From assembly GCA_943788515.1 (NCBI GenBank), contig CALSQM010000004.1:20576-84575 (forward strand): a DNA stretch of 64,000 bases, read 5' to 3'. Source of the DNA: an uncultured SAR86 cluster bacterium (GTDB lineage: Bacteria; Pseudomonadota; Gammaproteobacteria; Magnimaribacterales; D2472). The notes under the pieces were generated by a model, which was given only the letters and a program-made list of their open reading frames with translations, did no database searches and was not told the DNA's origin. Shown here one piece after another: positions 18,520 to 29,863 of this stretch. Position 1 is the first letter of the stretch; every line of letters starts with the position of its first letter. A program made the position numbers and the translations under genes.

Positions 18520-19594
18520 TTTTCATAATTCCTATAATTATTGAAGCTACCTCAGAAGTTCTTACAAATTCTGAGTTGGTGCTTATATCTTTAGTTCTGT
18601 ATCCTTGTTTAATAAAATCTTTAATAGCATTATCGATTTTATCTGCCAAACCTTTTTGATCTAACGAATACCTTAAAGCCATAGCCAATGATGCAATCAT
18701 TGCTATAGGGTTTGCAATATTCTGCCCAGCAATGTCTGGAGCGCTACCATGACAAGGCTCATACATTCCTTGTGATGAGCTGTTAAGAGAAGCAGAAGGA
18801 AGCATGCCTATTGATCCAGATAAAGTAGCAGCAATATCAGATAAAATATCGCCGAATAGATTGCTTGAAACAATAACATCAAATTGATTGGGATTCATAA
18901 CTAACTGCATTGCTGTGTTATCAGCAAGTTGATGAGATAGTTCAACATCTGGGTAATCCTTTGCCATATCACTCACCACAGATCTCCAAAATTTAGAGAC
19001 CTCAAGAACATTGGCCTTCTCAACAGAGCAAAGTTTGCCATCCCTTTTTCTTGCTGATTCAAATGCAACCTTAGCAATTCTTTTGATCTCATCTTCATTA
19101 TAAATCATTGTATTGAAAGCATATGGAGGCGATTCATCAGAGACGATTGCCCTAGGTTCTCCAAAATATATTCCACCAGTAAGCTCTCTAACAATAAGAA
19201 TATCGAGATCCTTAATAATTTCATCTTTTATTGGTGACGCTCCTGCTAACTCATTGAAAAGAAAAGCAGGTCTTAAGTTTGCAAATAGTTCGAGCTCTTT
19301 TCTTAGGCCCAATAAGGCTTGTTCTGGGCGCGAATCCCAATCAAGATCATCCCACTGAGGGCCGCCAACTGCTCCAAATAAAATAGCATCGGATTTTCTT
19401 GCTTCATCAAGAACTTCTTTAGGAAGTGGTGAGCCATTTTTATCATAGGAAGTTCCACCAACATCCATCTGGGTTATATCAAAGTCTAGTTCATGTTCAC
19501 CAATTAAAAAGTCCAAGACCTCCCTAGCTGAACTAGTTACTTCTTGCCCAATTCCATCACCTGGCGTGATTAATATTTTTTTACTCATCTGCAT
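18512..19594 (-). CDS. leuB: 3-isopropylmalate dehydrogenase
   Basis: ITPGDGIGQEV at the N-terminus, and NLFGDILSD and GSAPDIAG motifs. Confidence 0.94.
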   Translation of the reverse strand: MQMSKKILITPGDGIGQEVTSSAREVLDFLIGEHELDFDITQMDVGGTSYDKNGSPLPKEVLDEARKSDAILFGAVGGPQWDDLDWDSRPEQALLGLRKELELFANLRPAFLFNELAGASPIKDEIIKDLDILIVRELTGGIYFGEPRAIVSDESPPYAFNTMIYNEDEIKRIAKVAFESARKRDGKLCSVEKANVLEVSKFWRSVVSDMAKDYPDVELSHQLADNTAMQLVMNPNQFDVIVSSNLFGDILSDIAATLSGSIGMLPSASLNSSSQGMYEPCHGSAPDIAGQNIANPIAMIASLAMALRYSLDQKGLADKIDNAIKDFIKQGYRTKDISTNSEFVRTSEVASIIIGIMKNG

Positions 19595-20222
19595 AAATCC
19601 ATGGTTTCTCTTTTTTTCTTAGTTCTTCAAATAACTTTATATCGTTTTTGTATTTCAATGTCATATCAACATCATCTAAACCTAAGACTATCCTCTCGAG
19701 AAGATTATCCTCAACTTCAAATTCATATTGATAAGTATTATTAAATTCTATTTTTTTTGAATCAAGGCTTACAGACATCTCACCAACCTCAGCTTTAAAT
19801 ATTTCTTCAATTTGATCTTTAGATAATTTGACAGGCAGTACACCATTTTTAAAACAGTTATTGTAAAAAATATCACCGAATGATGATGCTATAACAACCC
19901 TGATTCCAAAGTCTCTTAATGCCCAAACCGCATGTTCTCTTGAAGAGCCGCAGCCAAAGTTATCTCTAGTTAATAAAATATTGGCTTGGGTATATGGCTC
20001 TTGGTTTAAAACAAATTCGTGATTTATTTTTCTTTCATTTTTTGAAATGCCTAACTTACCATCATCAAGATATCTCCACCCATCAAAAAGATAATCTTCA
20101 AAACCAAATTTTTTTATTGATTTTAAGTACTCTGTAGGAATTATTTGATCTGTATCAATATTATCCCTGTCGATTGATGCCACAATACCTTTTATTTGAA
20201 GCTCATTGCCAATTACCTTCAT
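19581..20222 (-). CDS. leuD: 3-isopropylmalate dehydratase small subunit
   Basis: LeuD motifs NIDTDQIIP and [11 protein letters not shown]. Confidence 0.93.
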   Translation of the reverse strand: MKVIGNELQIKGIVASIDRDNIDTDQIIPTEYLKSIKKFGFEDYLFDGWRYLDDGKLGISKNERKINHEFVLNQEPYTQANILLTRDNFGCGSSREHAVWALRDFGIRVVIASSFGDIFYNNCFKNGVLPVKLSKDQIEEIFKAEVGEMSVSLDSKKIEFNNTYQYEFEVEDNLLERIVLGLDDVDMTLKYKNDIKLFEELRKKEKPWIYADE

Positions 20223-21619
20223 GACAAGTCTCCAATAACTCCATTAATTGCAGTATGAGCTGCCATAACTGGGCTCATAAGATGCGTTCTTCCAAGATTA
20301 CCTTGTCTGCCTTCAAAATTTCTATTAGATGTAGATGCGCATCTTTCATAGGGCTTTAATTGGTCAGGATTCATCCCTAAACACATAGAGCAACCTGGGT
20401 CTCTCCATATAAAACCTGCGTCCTTAAATATCTTATCAAGACCTTCAGCTTCAGCTTGTGCCTTAACCATTCCCGACCCTGGAACCACAATGGCCTCAGT
20501 TATTTTTTCAGAAACTATTCTTCCTTTTATAACTGATGCAGCCTCACGCAAATCCTCTATTCTAGAATTTGTACATGAACCAATAAAAACTCTATCAAAT
20601 TCTAAGTCTGTTAATTTTTCACCCTCTTTAATACCCATATAATTTTTTGCTAACTCTATGTTTTTCTTATTGGCTTCCGTTTGCATAGATAACTCAGGAA
20701 GCCCTGCATCATAATCTACTACCATTTCAGGCGAAGTTCCCCATGTCACCTGAGGTTTAATTTGAGATATATCAATAACAATCTCTTTATCAAAAATAGC
20801 TTCTTTGTCTGAAAATAAATTATTCCAATGCTTTTGAGCTAGGGCTAGGTCATCGACTGAGAGAGGTGAGTGTTCTTTTACATAGTCGATAGTTGTTGAA
20901 TCAGTGGCGATTAAGCCGACCTTAGCACCGGCCTCAATAGCCATATTACATATCGTCATTCTGGCTTCCATGGATATGCTTTCAATATAAGACCCAGAGA
21001 ATTCAATAGCATGCCCATTACCACCCGCTGTTCCAATTTCTCCTATTAAAAATAAAACTATATCTTTAGACGAAACCCCTCTTTGAGGCGTCCCTTCAAA
21101 AATTACTTTCATATTTAAAAGTTTGGAAACCTTTAATGTTTGCGTAGCAAGAACATGCTCAACTTCTGAAGTTCCAATGCCCATTGCAAGACACCCAAAT
21201 GCACCATGAGTAGAGGTATGAGAATCCCCACAAACTATTGTCATACCCGGTAATGTGTAACCAAGTTCTGGACCAATTACATGAACGATTCCTTGGTTAG
21301 CTGAGGTTATATCAAATTGTTTAATTCCAAATTTATTACAGTTCTTATCAAGCTCAACTACCTGAATTTTTGAGATATCATCACTAATATTTTCTACTGT
21401 AAACGAGTCCCCTCTTTCAGTGGGAACATTATGGTCTGGTGTTGCAATATTTGCCCCAAGCCTCCAAGGCAAAAGACCTTTCTTTGACAGTCCCTCAAAA
21501 GCTTGAGGAGAAGTCACTTCATGAAGATATTGCCTGTCTATGTAAATTAAAGATTCGCCTGAATCAAGAGTTTTTATATGGTGCTCATTCCAAAGCTTGT
21601 CATATAAAGTATTAGGCAT
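20219..21619 (-). CDS. leuC: 3-isopropylmalate dehydratase large subunit
   Basis: [11 protein letters not shown] start, and aconitase-family motifs (DSHT, GSCTNSR). I moved the start to Met14 of the track ORF (ATG 21619..21617), which removes the overlap with aroC. Confidence 0.92.
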   Translation of the reverse strand: MPNTLYDKLWNEHHIKTLDSGESLIYIDRQYLHEVTSPQAFEGLSKKGLLPWRLGANIATPDHNVPTERGDSFTVENISDDISKIQVVELDKNCNKFGIKQFDITSANQGIVHVIGPELGYTLPGMTIVCGDSHTSTHGAFGCLAMGIGTSEVEHVLATQTLKVSKLLNMKVIFEGTPQRGVSSKDIVLFLIGEIGTAGGNGHAIEFSGSYIESISMEARMTICNMAIEAGAKVGLIATDSTTIDYVKEHSPLSVDDLALAQKHWNNLFSDKEAIFDKEIVIDISQIKPQVTWGTSPEMVVDYDAGLPELSMQTEANKKNIELAKNYMGIKEGEKLTDLEFDRVFIGSCTNSRIEDLREAASVIKGRIVSEKITEAIVVPGSGMVKAQAEAEGLDKIFKDAGFIWRDPGCSMCLGMNPDQLKPYERCASTSNRNFEGRQGNLGRTHLMSPVMAAHTAINGVIGDLS

Positions 21620-21620
21620 G

Positions 21621-22707
21621 TTACTTTTTGAAAGGTAATTTTTGATCAACCTCACCACATTGAGCTCTATTTCTCAAAAGGTGATCTATAACAACTAAAT
21701 TGGCCATAGCCTCTGCTATAGGCACTGCTCTTATTCCAACACATGGATCATGCCTACCAGTTACTTCTATATCTACCTCATTTCCATCGGCATCAATGCT
21801 TTTACCGGTATTTTTTATACTAGATGTGGGTTTAATGATGAAATCTATATTAATATCATCGCCATTAGAAATTCCACCTAATATCCCCCCAGCATTGTTA
21901 GAGGTAAAGCCATCTTCTCTCATTTCATCTCTAACCTCAGAACCTTTAGAAGCCAAAATATCATCGGTATTCCCAATCGAAACTGATTTAACTGCATTAA
22001 TACTCATCATAGCTTTGGCTAGATCTGCATCTAACTTATCAAAAACTGGAGCCCCTAAACCAACTGGGCAGTTTTCAATAGTTACTCCAAGTTTTGCACC
22101 AACAGAATTACCTTCCGCAATTAAATCACTAAATAAATTATCAAGATCAGTAAGCTTCGAACTATCAGCAAAGAAATATTTATTAGTCCCGCTTTCTTTG
22201 TGGTTAATAGCATCAGCTTTAATAGAGCCTATTTGGCTTACGTAACTTGTAGTTTTTACACCGAAAGCCTTCAAGATATTTCTTTGCAATTGCCCCGGCA
22301 GCTACCCTCATAGCAGTTTCCCTTGCGCTTGATCTCCCTCCACCCCTGTAATCTCTATGACCATATTTAGCTTGGTAGGTAATATCTGCATGATTTGGTC
22401 TGAAAACATCTTTTATATTTGAGTAGTCCTTAGATCTTTGGTCTTGATTGTAAATGATTAGACTAACTGGTGTTCCAGTAGTCTTCCCCTCAAAGACTCC
22501 TGAAAGGATTTCAACTAAATCATCTTCTTTTCTTTGGGTTGTTACGTCTGATTGACCAGGTTTCCTTCTGTTTAATTCATGCTGAATATCAGATTCATTC
22601 AGTTCAATATTAGGAGGGCATCCATCAATAATACAGCCTAAAGCCTTCCCATGACTCTCGCCATAAGTAGTAACTTTAAATAATTCTCCAAATGTATTGC
22701 CTGACAT
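21621..22707 (-). pseudogene. aroC: Chorismate synthase interrupted by one frameshift
   Basis: ORF 22219..22707 carries the N-terminal half ([16 protein letters not shown]...[21 protein letters not shown]). ORF 21621..22289 carries the rest ([15 protein letters not shown]...GRHDPCVG). The family alignment continues across KKYL|KAFG only if one nucleotide is skipped near 22268..22275. Confidence 0.85.
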
Positions 22708-22765
22708 GGCAATAATTATAGTCCAAAAAGGTTTTAAAACCTTAACTTTATAGCTTTGTTATTAA

Positions 22766-24229
22766 TTAAAAGTTATTTGATTCAACAGCAAATAATTCTT
22801 GGAAATCTGTTACCGAAGTATTTTCTAATTCCTCTTGGTTGGTGCAAAGGCTATAGATTTTGTTGCTCTTGTTGGCATCGTAGGTGATTTGTAGATTTTT
22901 TAAGAACTTTTGTTCAAGGACAGGAATGCCTTCCTCTCTTCTTCTCATATGCCCAATTGGATATTCAACCTCAATGGCATCTGTTGAAGAACCATCTTTG
23001 AAATGAATTTGTATTTTATTGGCAATAGATCTTTTATCTGCCTCATGATATTCGGTTGAATATCTTGAATCTTCAGAAATAACCATTTTTTCTCTTAAAG
23101 CATCCACTCTAGGATCTGATGCAACATCATCCTCATAATCTTCAGCAATTAAGTCTCCTTTTAAAAGACCAATAGCAACCATATATTGAAGACAATGATC
23201 TCTATCTGCTGGGTTATTTAAATCACCAACCTTGGAGATAATTCTAATAGCAGATTCATGAGTAGTAATGTTAACTGACTCAATGTCATCAAGCCTATCT
23301 TTAACCTCAGGGTGGAGTGTTACAGCAGCCTCAACAGCAGTTTGAGCATGAAATTCTGCAGGAAAACTAATCTTAAATAGGATATTTTCCATTACATAAG
23401 ATCCAAAAGCTTGAGGTAGAGATAGTTTCTCGCTGTTAAATAGCACATCCTCAAACCCCCAAACAGGAGCAGACAAAACACCTGGATAACCCATTTCTCC
23501 AGAAAGAGTGATCATTGATAGCCTCACAGCTCTAGAAGTAGCATCTCCAGCAGCCCAGCTTTTTCTTGATCCCGCATTGGGAGCATGCCTGTAAGTTCTT
23601 AAACTTTGGCCATCAACCCATGCATGACTAACAGCATCCATAATCTGATCTTTACTGCCGCCCATAAGCTTGGTAACCAAAGCTGTGGATGCAACTTTTA
23701 CTAATACAACATGATCAAGACCAACTTTATTAAAGCTATTTTTAAGAGCTAAAATACCCTGTATCTCATGAGCCATTATCATAGATTCTAAGACAACCCT
23801 CATTTTCAGATGGCTCTTTTCCTTCAGAGATATTTTTTTGTGATATAAAGTCTGCGACGGCTAAGATAGCGCCTAAGTTATCTGAGGGGTGGCCCCACTC
23901 AGCAGCAAGCCAAGTGTCGTTATAATCTAGCCATCTAATAATACAACCAATATCGAACGCACCTTTTATTGGATCAAGTTTGAAAGTTTGTTCCTGGCAC
24001 TCTAACGCCAAAAGGAACAGAAGGATCCTTCTACGACTGGTCCAAGCATTTTGGTGCATGCTGGGAATTTGAGAGCTAATAGCCCGCAGCCAACTGTATC
24101 TATCAAACAATTTCTTGCAGTGTCTAGTGCAAGATCAGATTCAATATCAAAATTAACTACATAGTCTGCGATTTCTTTGATTACAGAGTCGTAATCCGGC
24201 CTAACGTTTAGATCAACATTTGAAGACAT
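22766..24229 (-). pseudogene. prpD: 2-methylcitrate dehydratase interrupted by three single-nucleotide frameshifts
   Basis: Three track ORFs (24002..24229, 23766..24110, 22766..23803) together cover PrpD. Hand translation shows frame changes near 24015..24024 (GSF|[12 protein letters not shown]), 23978..23988 (NF|[12 protein letters not shown]) and 23806..23812 (KEP|[18 protein letters not shown]). Confidence 0.85.
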
Positions 24230-24230
24230 T

Positions 24231-25352
24231 TTAAGATCTATCTTCTAAATCAACCCAGTCAGAACTCTCAACACCAATATAATCTGCGCTTGGTCTTATA
24301 ATTCTATTATTTGCTCTCTGCTCCATGCAGTGAGCCGTCCATCCTGAAACTCTGGACATTACAAATATTGGCGTAAATAGTTTTGTTGGAATGCCCATAT
24401 AAAAGTATGCAGGAGCATGAAAAAAGTCAGCATTTGCAAACATTTTTTTCTCATCAGCCATAACTTTTTCAACCTCTTCAGCTACTTGATAAAGGTCATC
24501 ATTTTCATGAAGTAAGGAAAGCTCTTTAGCAAATTCTTTTATAACAGCATTCCTAGGATCACGAATAGAATAAACCGCATGACCGAATCCCATGATTTTT
24601 TCTTTATTTGCTAACATGGAAAGGATTTTTTCTTTAGCCTCATCTCTTGAAGTCCAATTTTCTATGAGCTCCATAGCTTTTTCGTTAGCTCCTCCATGAA
24701 GAGGGCCTCTTAGCGAACCAATAGCAGCAACTACGCACGAATGAATATCTGACATTGTTGATGCACATACTCTTCCAGTAAATGTTGATGCATTGAATTC
24801 ATGTTCTGCATATAAGACAAGAGATGCATCCATTACTTTTCTATGAAGATCACTTGGTGTTTTTCCATGAAGAATATGTAAGAAATGCCCAGCCATAGTA
24901 TCTTCATCATTTACTAAATCTATGTCGACTCCATCATGAGAAAATTTGTACCAATAAGTAACAATGGATGGCATTGTTGCAATCATTCTATTAATTGAAT
25001 TGAGTTGATTTGAAAAATCTCCTTCAGGCTCTAAGTTACCAAGCATAGAAGTACCAGTTCTCATAACATCCATTGGGTGAGCATTAGCAGGTATTTTTTG
25101 CAGGACCTCTTTTAATGCTTTAGGCAGGTCTCTTTGATTTTTTAAAGATTCTTTATAGTCTTTAAGTTCGTTTGTATTTGGTAATTTGTTATATAACAAA
25201 AGATATGCGACTTCTTCAAAAGTAGCTTTTTCAGCAAGGGTTTCAATCTTATGACCCCTGTAAGCCAAACCTTCTATTTGACCAACTGTTGAAAGTGAAG
25301 TTTCTCCTGCTACCTGACCTCTTAGGCCAGCTCCTTCAAGTTTTTTTACCAT
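24231..25352 (-). CDS. prpC: 2-methylcitrate synthase
   Basis: Citrate-synthase family (GPLHGGANE, GFGHAVY). 373 aa, located between prpB and prpD. Confidence 0.9.
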   Translation of the reverse strand: MVKKLEGAGLRGQVAGETSLSTVGQIEGLAYRGHKIETLAEKATFEEVAYLLLYNKLPNTNELKDYKESLKNQRDLPKALKEVLQKIPANAHPMDVMRTGTSMLGNLEPEGDFSNQLNSINRMIATMPSIVTYWYKFSHDGVDIDLVNDEDTMAGHFLHILHGKTPSDLHRKVMDASLVLYAEHEFNASTFTGRVCASTMSDIHSCVVAAIGSLRGPLHGGANEKAMELIENWTSRDEAKEKILSMLANKEKIMGFGHAVYSIRDPRNAVIKEFAKELSLLHENDDLYQVAEEVEKVMADEKKMFANADFFHAPAYFYMGIPTKLFTPIFVMSRVSGWTAHCMEQRANNRIIRPSADYIGVESSDWVDLEDRS

Positions 25353-26239
25353 TTTTGTTCCTCTTCTAGTTTTAAATCTTCAAATAAAGTATCTAATTTC
25401 TCTTCATAACTATGATAGTTTAAGTATTCATATAGCTCTTCTCGGGTCTGCATTATATCCAAGAGACCTTCTTGTGTCCCTTCTTTCGCTAGAGAAATGT
25501 AAATTTTTTCCGCAGCTTTGCTCATTGCTCTAAATGCAGTTAGCGGATATAAAATCATATCCACATCAACACCCTCTAATTCTTCTTTAGTAAATAATGG
25601 AGTTTTTCCAAACTCAGTAATGTTTGCAAGCAAAGGAACATCTATGGCATTTTTGAATTCTTTATAGTCCTCAAGAGATGTAACAGCTTCCAAGAAAATA
25701 CCATCGGCTCCCTGTTCAACATAACTTGAAGCTCTATCTATTGCTCCATTCATCCCTTCTGAAGCCAATGCATCTGTCCTTGCCATGATAAAAAATGATT
25801 CATCATGCCTACCATCAACAGCTGCTTTGATTCTATCCTGCATCTCATTAGAACTTACCAAAGATTTATTAGGTCTATGGCCACATCTTTTTTGAGATAC
25901 CTGATCTTCCATATGAACAGCTGCGCAACCTGCATTGATCATCTCTTTTATAGTTCTCGAGATATTAAAAGCGCCTCCCCAACCAGTATCTATATCTACT
26001 AATAGAGGAAGGGATGTTGCATTAGATATTCTTTTTACATCTATTAAGACATCATCCATTGATGTAATTCCAAGATCAGGCATGCCATATGAAGCTGCTG
26101 CCACTCCCCCGCCAGAGAGATAGATAGCTTTATGCCCTGCCTTTTCAGCTAAGATTCCTGAGTATGCGTTAATAGCCCCTGGTATTACTAAAGGGGAATT
26201 TAATTTTAATGCTTCTCTGAATTTTGTTCCTGCTGTCAT
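25346..26239 (-). CDS. prpB: 2-methylisocitrate lyase
   Basis: PEP-mutase/isocitrate-lyase superfamily motifs (VDIDTGWGG, KRCGH). First gene of prpBCD. Confidence 0.9.
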   Translation of the reverse strand: MTAGTKFREALKLNSPLVIPGAINAYSGILAEKAGHKAIYLSGGGVAAASYGMPDLGITSMDDVLIDVKRISNATSLPLLVDIDTGWGGAFNISRTIKEMINAGCAAVHMEDQVSQKRCGHRPNKSLVSSNEMQDRIKAAVDGRHDESFFIMARTDALASEGMNGAIDRASSYVEQGADGIFLEAVTSLEDYKEFKNAIDVPLLANITEFGKTPLFTKEELEGVDVDMILYPLTAFRAMSKAAEKIYISLAKEGTQEGLLDIMQTREELYEYLNYHSYEEKLDTLFEDLKLEEEQKW

Positions 26240-26285
26240 AGTTGTGGATTATAAATCAAGAAGATGCCTGTTCCCAAATTTATAG

Positions 26286-26948
26286 CTAGCTATAAAATTT
26301 TACGCCTCTAATAATCCTATCCTTATTATTCTTTCGTCTCCATCTGTTGGTATCTCTTAAACTGTATACACAGCCGCAATACTCTTGCTGATAAAACTCT
26401 TCTCTCTTTGAAATTTCAACCATCCTTGAAGATCCGCCCTGTTTTCTCCAATTAAAATCCCAGTAGGACACATCCTCATATCTTTTTGCAGCTCGAAGAC
26501 CAGAAGAATTAATTTGCTCCATATCTTTCCATCTAGAAATACCTAAGGTTGTTGCATAAACTCCAAAGCCGTTTTCTTGAGCGAATAATGCAGATCTCTC
26601 GAATCTCATATCAAAGCACTGGGTGCACCTTTTTCCTCTTTCTGGCTCATCCTCTAGGCCTTTAATTCTTTCAAACCAATTATCTTTGTCATAATCACCA
26701 TCAATGCACTCAAAACCCAGCTTATCGCAAAATCTTTTATTTTCATTTTTTCTAATTTCATACTCTTCAGTTGGGTGAATATTTGGATTATAAAAATATA
26801 CAGTTGTGTTTATATTTGAGGCAGCCAAAGCTTCCATTATTTCTCCAGCACATGGAGCACAACAGCTATGAAGAAGAAGGTTAGAATTTTCTTTAGGCAT
26901 GCTTAAAACAGGCCTTGCAAAATTATCTAATTTTAAGTGGTCACTCAT
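26286..26948 (-). CDS. queH: Epoxyqueuosine reductase QueH (DUF208)
   Basis: [14 protein letters not shown]-terminal Cys cluster and the C-terminal QEYCGC motif typical of QueH. Confidence 0.8.
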   Translation of the reverse strand: MSDHLKLDNFARPVLSMPKENSNLLLHSCCAPCAGEIMEALAASNINTTVYFYNPNIHPTEEYEIRKNENKRFCDKLGFECIDGDYDKDNWFERIKGLEDEPERGKRCTQCFDMRFERSALFAQENGFGVYATTLGISRWKDMEQINSSGLRAAKRYEDVSYWDFNWRKQGGSSRMVEISKREEFYQQEYCGCVYSLRDTNRWRRKNNKDRIIRGVKFYS

Positions 26949-27553
26949 TTTTGAAATAATGAATTTGATAAGAGGCCTTTTTCAAGGTCATCATAATTAT
27001 TAAAGGATTGTATTTCTGGATTCGCATCTGAGATTTTTTTTGGAGCATTGATAAAAAATCCCTTTTCAGCCACCTCAAACATTTGAAGATCATTATAAGA
27101 GTCTCCTGCAGCCAAACATCTGTATCCTATAGATTGAAAGCTCTCAATGGCCTGTCTCTTTGCTTTCTTATTTCGTAATTTGTATGAAATAACTTCATCT
27201 TGAACAACTTCCAAGTTATGACAGAGAAGCAATGGAAATCCCATTTTTTTCATTAATGGCTGAGCTATTTCGTGAAAAGTATCTGAAAGAATCACAACTT
27301 GAAAATTTTCTCTAACATTTGCTAAAAAAGAATCTGCTCCTGGTAAGAGCTCTAATTCATTTGCAGCATTTTGGATATCTGAAAGTTTGATCCCGTGCGT
27401 CTTCATTATGCCAAGCCTAAAATCCATAAGATTTCCATAGTCAGGGATATCTCTTGTGGTTTTATTAAACTCTTCTATGCCTGTATTGGATGCTACTTTT
27501 TCCCATATCTCTGGAGTTAAAGTGCCTTCCATGTCAAAACAAACTATTTCCAT
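26945..27553 (-). CDS. thrH: Phosphoserine phosphatase / homoserine phosphotransferase ThrH
   Basis: Collinear with Pseudomonas ThrH: [17 protein letters not shown]...[12 protein letters not shown]...[10 protein letters not shown]...AAGDSYND. Confidence 0.85.
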   Translation of the reverse strand: MEIVCFDMEGTLTPEIWEKVASNTGIEEFNKTTRDIPDYGNLMDFRLGIMKTHGIKLSDIQNAANELELLPGADSFLANVRENFQVVILSDTFHEIAQPLMKKMGFPLLLCHNLEVVQDEVISYKLRNKKAKRQAIESFQSIGYRCLAAGDSYNDLQMFEVAEKGFFINAPKKISDANPEIQSFNNYDDLEKGLLSNSLFQK

Positions 27554-27569
27554 TTTATGTGCCTATAAA

Positions 27570-28469
27570 TTATTTATTTTTAATGCCGTAAGGCACGTGC
27601 CCTGATGCTGTCGTATTTTGTGTATCTATAATATGTTTTTTTTGGTCATCAAAAAAGATATCTGCTTGAAAAGATTTAAGAAAATCTCTTTTTGACATGC
27701 CGCCTAAAAATAGAGATTCATCAATTCTAACTCCCCATTCTCTTAAAGTTTTTATCACCCTCTTGTCTGAAGGAGCAGACCTTGCTGTAACCAAGGCAGT
27801 CCTAATTGGGCAATCATTGATATCAAAATCATTCTGAATATCGTTTAGCTCAACAAGAAACGATTTAAATGGCCCTTCTTTTAATGCAGTTGTTGCGGTT
27901 ACTTCATTTTCAATAAATGCTTCCAAGCCCTCCTCATGGAAAACTTTTTCGGAATCATCTGAAAAAATTACAGCATCACCATCAAATGCTATCTTTAGCT
28001 GACCCTCTTCTGATAGAAAATTACTATCATTTTCTCTTGAAATAATTGTTGCTGCAGCAACATTGCTTTCGATTGCTAATTTAACATCCTCCATACTGCT
28101 CGATAAAAACAGATGAACTCCAAAGTCTTTTACATATCTGTGGGGGCTTTCACCACCACAAAAAGCAGCCCTGCTAATATCTAACCCATGAGCTTCAATT
28201 GAGTTTCTTATTCGTAAACCTGTATCAGATGTATTTCTTGATAAAAGAATTACTTCAATTCTCTGCCGATCTTTATATAAGGAATTGATATCTAATATTT
28301 TTTTTACCAGGTTAAATGCTTCGCCTGGATCAAGAGTCTTCTCTTCATTGGCAATTTGGTAATCACGATAAGAATCAAGTCCATCTTTTTCATAAATATA
28401 ATGGCTTTCATCGAGATTAAATAAAGCTCTTGATGAAATTCCTATTATTAGTTTTCTATTTTCTTCCAT
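27570..28469 (-). CDS. 5'-nucleotidase family protein (PF06189-like)
   Basis: The N-terminus LIIGISSRALFNLDESHYIYEKDGLDSYRDYQ is typical of this bacterial 5'-nucleotidase family. Confidence 0.7.
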   Translation of the reverse strand: MEENRKLIIGISSRALFNLDESHYIYEKDGLDSYRDYQIANEEKTLDPGEAFNLVKKILDINSLYKDRQRIEVILLSRNTSDTGLRIRNSIEAHGLDISRAAFCGGESPHRYVKDFGVHLFLSSSMEDVKLAIESNVAAATIISRENDSNFLSEEGQLKIAFDGDAVIFSDDSEKVFHEEGLEAFIENEVTATTALKEGPFKSFLVELNDIQNDFDINDCPIRTALVTARSAPSDKRVIKTLREWGVRIDESLFLGGMSKRDFLKSFQADIFFDDQKKHIIDTQNTTASGHVPYGIKNK

Positions 28470-28500
28470 TTAAGTTGATATAAATATAGATTCTGCATTA

Positions 28501-28520
28501 TACTGTATATATATTCAGTA
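28501..28520. promoter_or_regulatory. LexA (SOS) box upstream of lexA
   Basis: tactgtatatatattcagta matches the gammaproteobacterial consensus TACTG(TA)5CAGTA (CTG-N10-CAG). It lies 15 nt upstream of the lexA ATG. Confidence 0.85.
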
Positions 28521-28534
28521 TTAATAGAAGCATT

Positions 28535-29149
28535 ATGAAAGACATAACATCTCAGCAAAATAAGGTACTTAACTGTATCCAAGTATACATAAAGAAAACT
28601 GGTTTTCCGCCAACAAGGGCGGATATATGTAGAGAATTGGGTTTTAAATCACCAAATTCAGCCGAAACACACCTTAGAGCGCTTGAAAAGAAAGGCTTTA
28701 TTGCTATTGAAAGCGGAACCTCTAGAGGAATTTCAATTATTAATCCTGAAATTGAACATGATGGAAATGATTATCCAATCATAGGATTGGTTGCTGCCGG
28801 ATCACCCACGCTTGCAGCTGAAAACGTTGAAAAAGTTTTTAATTGTCCACAAGGGTTTTTTGGTTCAAATTTTGACTATTTTCTTCGCGTTAGAGGTCTT
28901 AGTATGAAAGATGCAGGTATTATGGAAGATGATCTAATTGCAGTTAAAAAAACCCAAGATATTAAAAATGGTGATATTGTTATTGCTAGAATTGATGATG
29001 AAGTTACTGTAAAATACTTTCATAGACACTCACCAAAAATTGTACATCTTCAGCCAGCAAATGAAGAATTTAGTAATATAGAAATTGACTTAGAACATAC
29101 TGAACTATTTATTGAAGGAAAGAGCGTAGGTTTGATTAGAGAAAATTAA
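28535..29149 (+). CDS. lexA: LexA repressor
   Basis: Winged-helix N-terminus, Ala-Gly cleavage site (VAAG), and catalytic Ser (GLSM) and Lys (VTVKYF) contexts. Confidence 0.95.
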   Translation: MKDITSQQNKVLNCIQVYIKKTGFPPTRADICRELGFKSPNSAETHLRALEKKGFIAIESGTSRGISIINPEIEHDGNDYPIIGLVAAGSPTLAAENVEKVFNCPQGFFGSNFDYFLRVRGLSMKDAGIMEDDLIAVKKTQDIKNGDIVIARIDDEVTVKYFHRHSPKIVHLQPANEEFSNIEIDLEHTELFIEGKSVGLIREN

Positions 29150-29403
29150 TGAAGGATTACAGGTTTTTTAGAGAGCCTTTCTTTTTGTCCATCAAAAAAT
29201 TCATCAAAATCACTAACATTTCCACTAACACTTTCTATCCCAGCTCTTATCATCTCTTTTGCAACAGATAATTCTTGACCTTGAAGGAATTCTTTAGATT
29301 CAGGTGAGAAATCAATTTTTACAATTGGATTTTCATGATCATCTGATCTTCTAAGTACAATACTTCCATCTGGTAATTGTGCTAATTCTAGGTAATTTGA
29401 CAT
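29146..29403 (-). CDS. Hypothetical small acidic protein
   Basis: 85-aa ORF with a coding-like composition, filling the gap between lexA and the next gene. No family recognised. Confidence 0.5.
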   Translation of the reverse strand: MSNYLELAQLPDGSIVLRRSDDHENPIVKIDFSPESKEFLQGQELSVAKEMIRAGIESVSGNVSDFDEFFDGQKERLSKKPVILH

Positions 29404-29425
29404 ATATTTTCCTCTTAGATCAAGC

Positions 29426-29863
29426 TTAGCATTCCTCGAGGGTTTTGCGAAGCATGATGATAAACTCTTTATATCTATCTAGTAGCAAATTAAATTTTTT
29501 CAAGCTTAGTGTTTCATTTGAGACTATTATTAATTCGTTTATTGGTTCATGAATTGCTTTTTTAATGAGTATCAACATATTAAAAATACCATCGGAGCTA
29601 AATTCTTTCTTAATTATATTTCTAGCCGGATGATCGATTGAGAGCTCCCGCCATTTATTGATATAGTCATAGGAGCTAAACTTAGGATTCTCAAATTCAG
29701 AAGATGAAGCAATACTAACAGCAAGAGAATCAAGACTTTGCTCTAAAGCAAGGACAAATAAATACTTATCAAAATTTCCCTCTTTAGAGTTATTCAAAGA
29801 TAGTTTGTTTAACAAGCCTTCTGAAATATCTAAATATAAATTAACTAACTCTTTTGAATCCAC
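29426..29863 (-). CDS. Hypothetical protein downstream of topA
   Basis: 145-aa helical-looking ORF that abuts the topA stop, sharing one nucleotide. No family recognised. Confidence 0.55.
   Translation of the reverse strand: MDSKELVNLYLDISEGLLNKLSLNNSKEGNFDKYLFVLALEQSLDSLAVSIASSSEFENPKFSSYDYINKWRELSIDHPARNIIKKEFSSDGIFNMLILIKKAIHEPINELIIVSNETLSLKKFNLLLDRYKEFIIMLRKTLEEC

Noticed and set aside
22728-22743. The palindrome aaggttttaaaacctt between the prpD stop and the aroC start, as a possible rho-independent terminator or operator.
   Set aside because: The stem is only 6 bp and AT-rich, with a short T run. Such palindromes arise easily in AT-rich DNA, so the evidence is insufficient.
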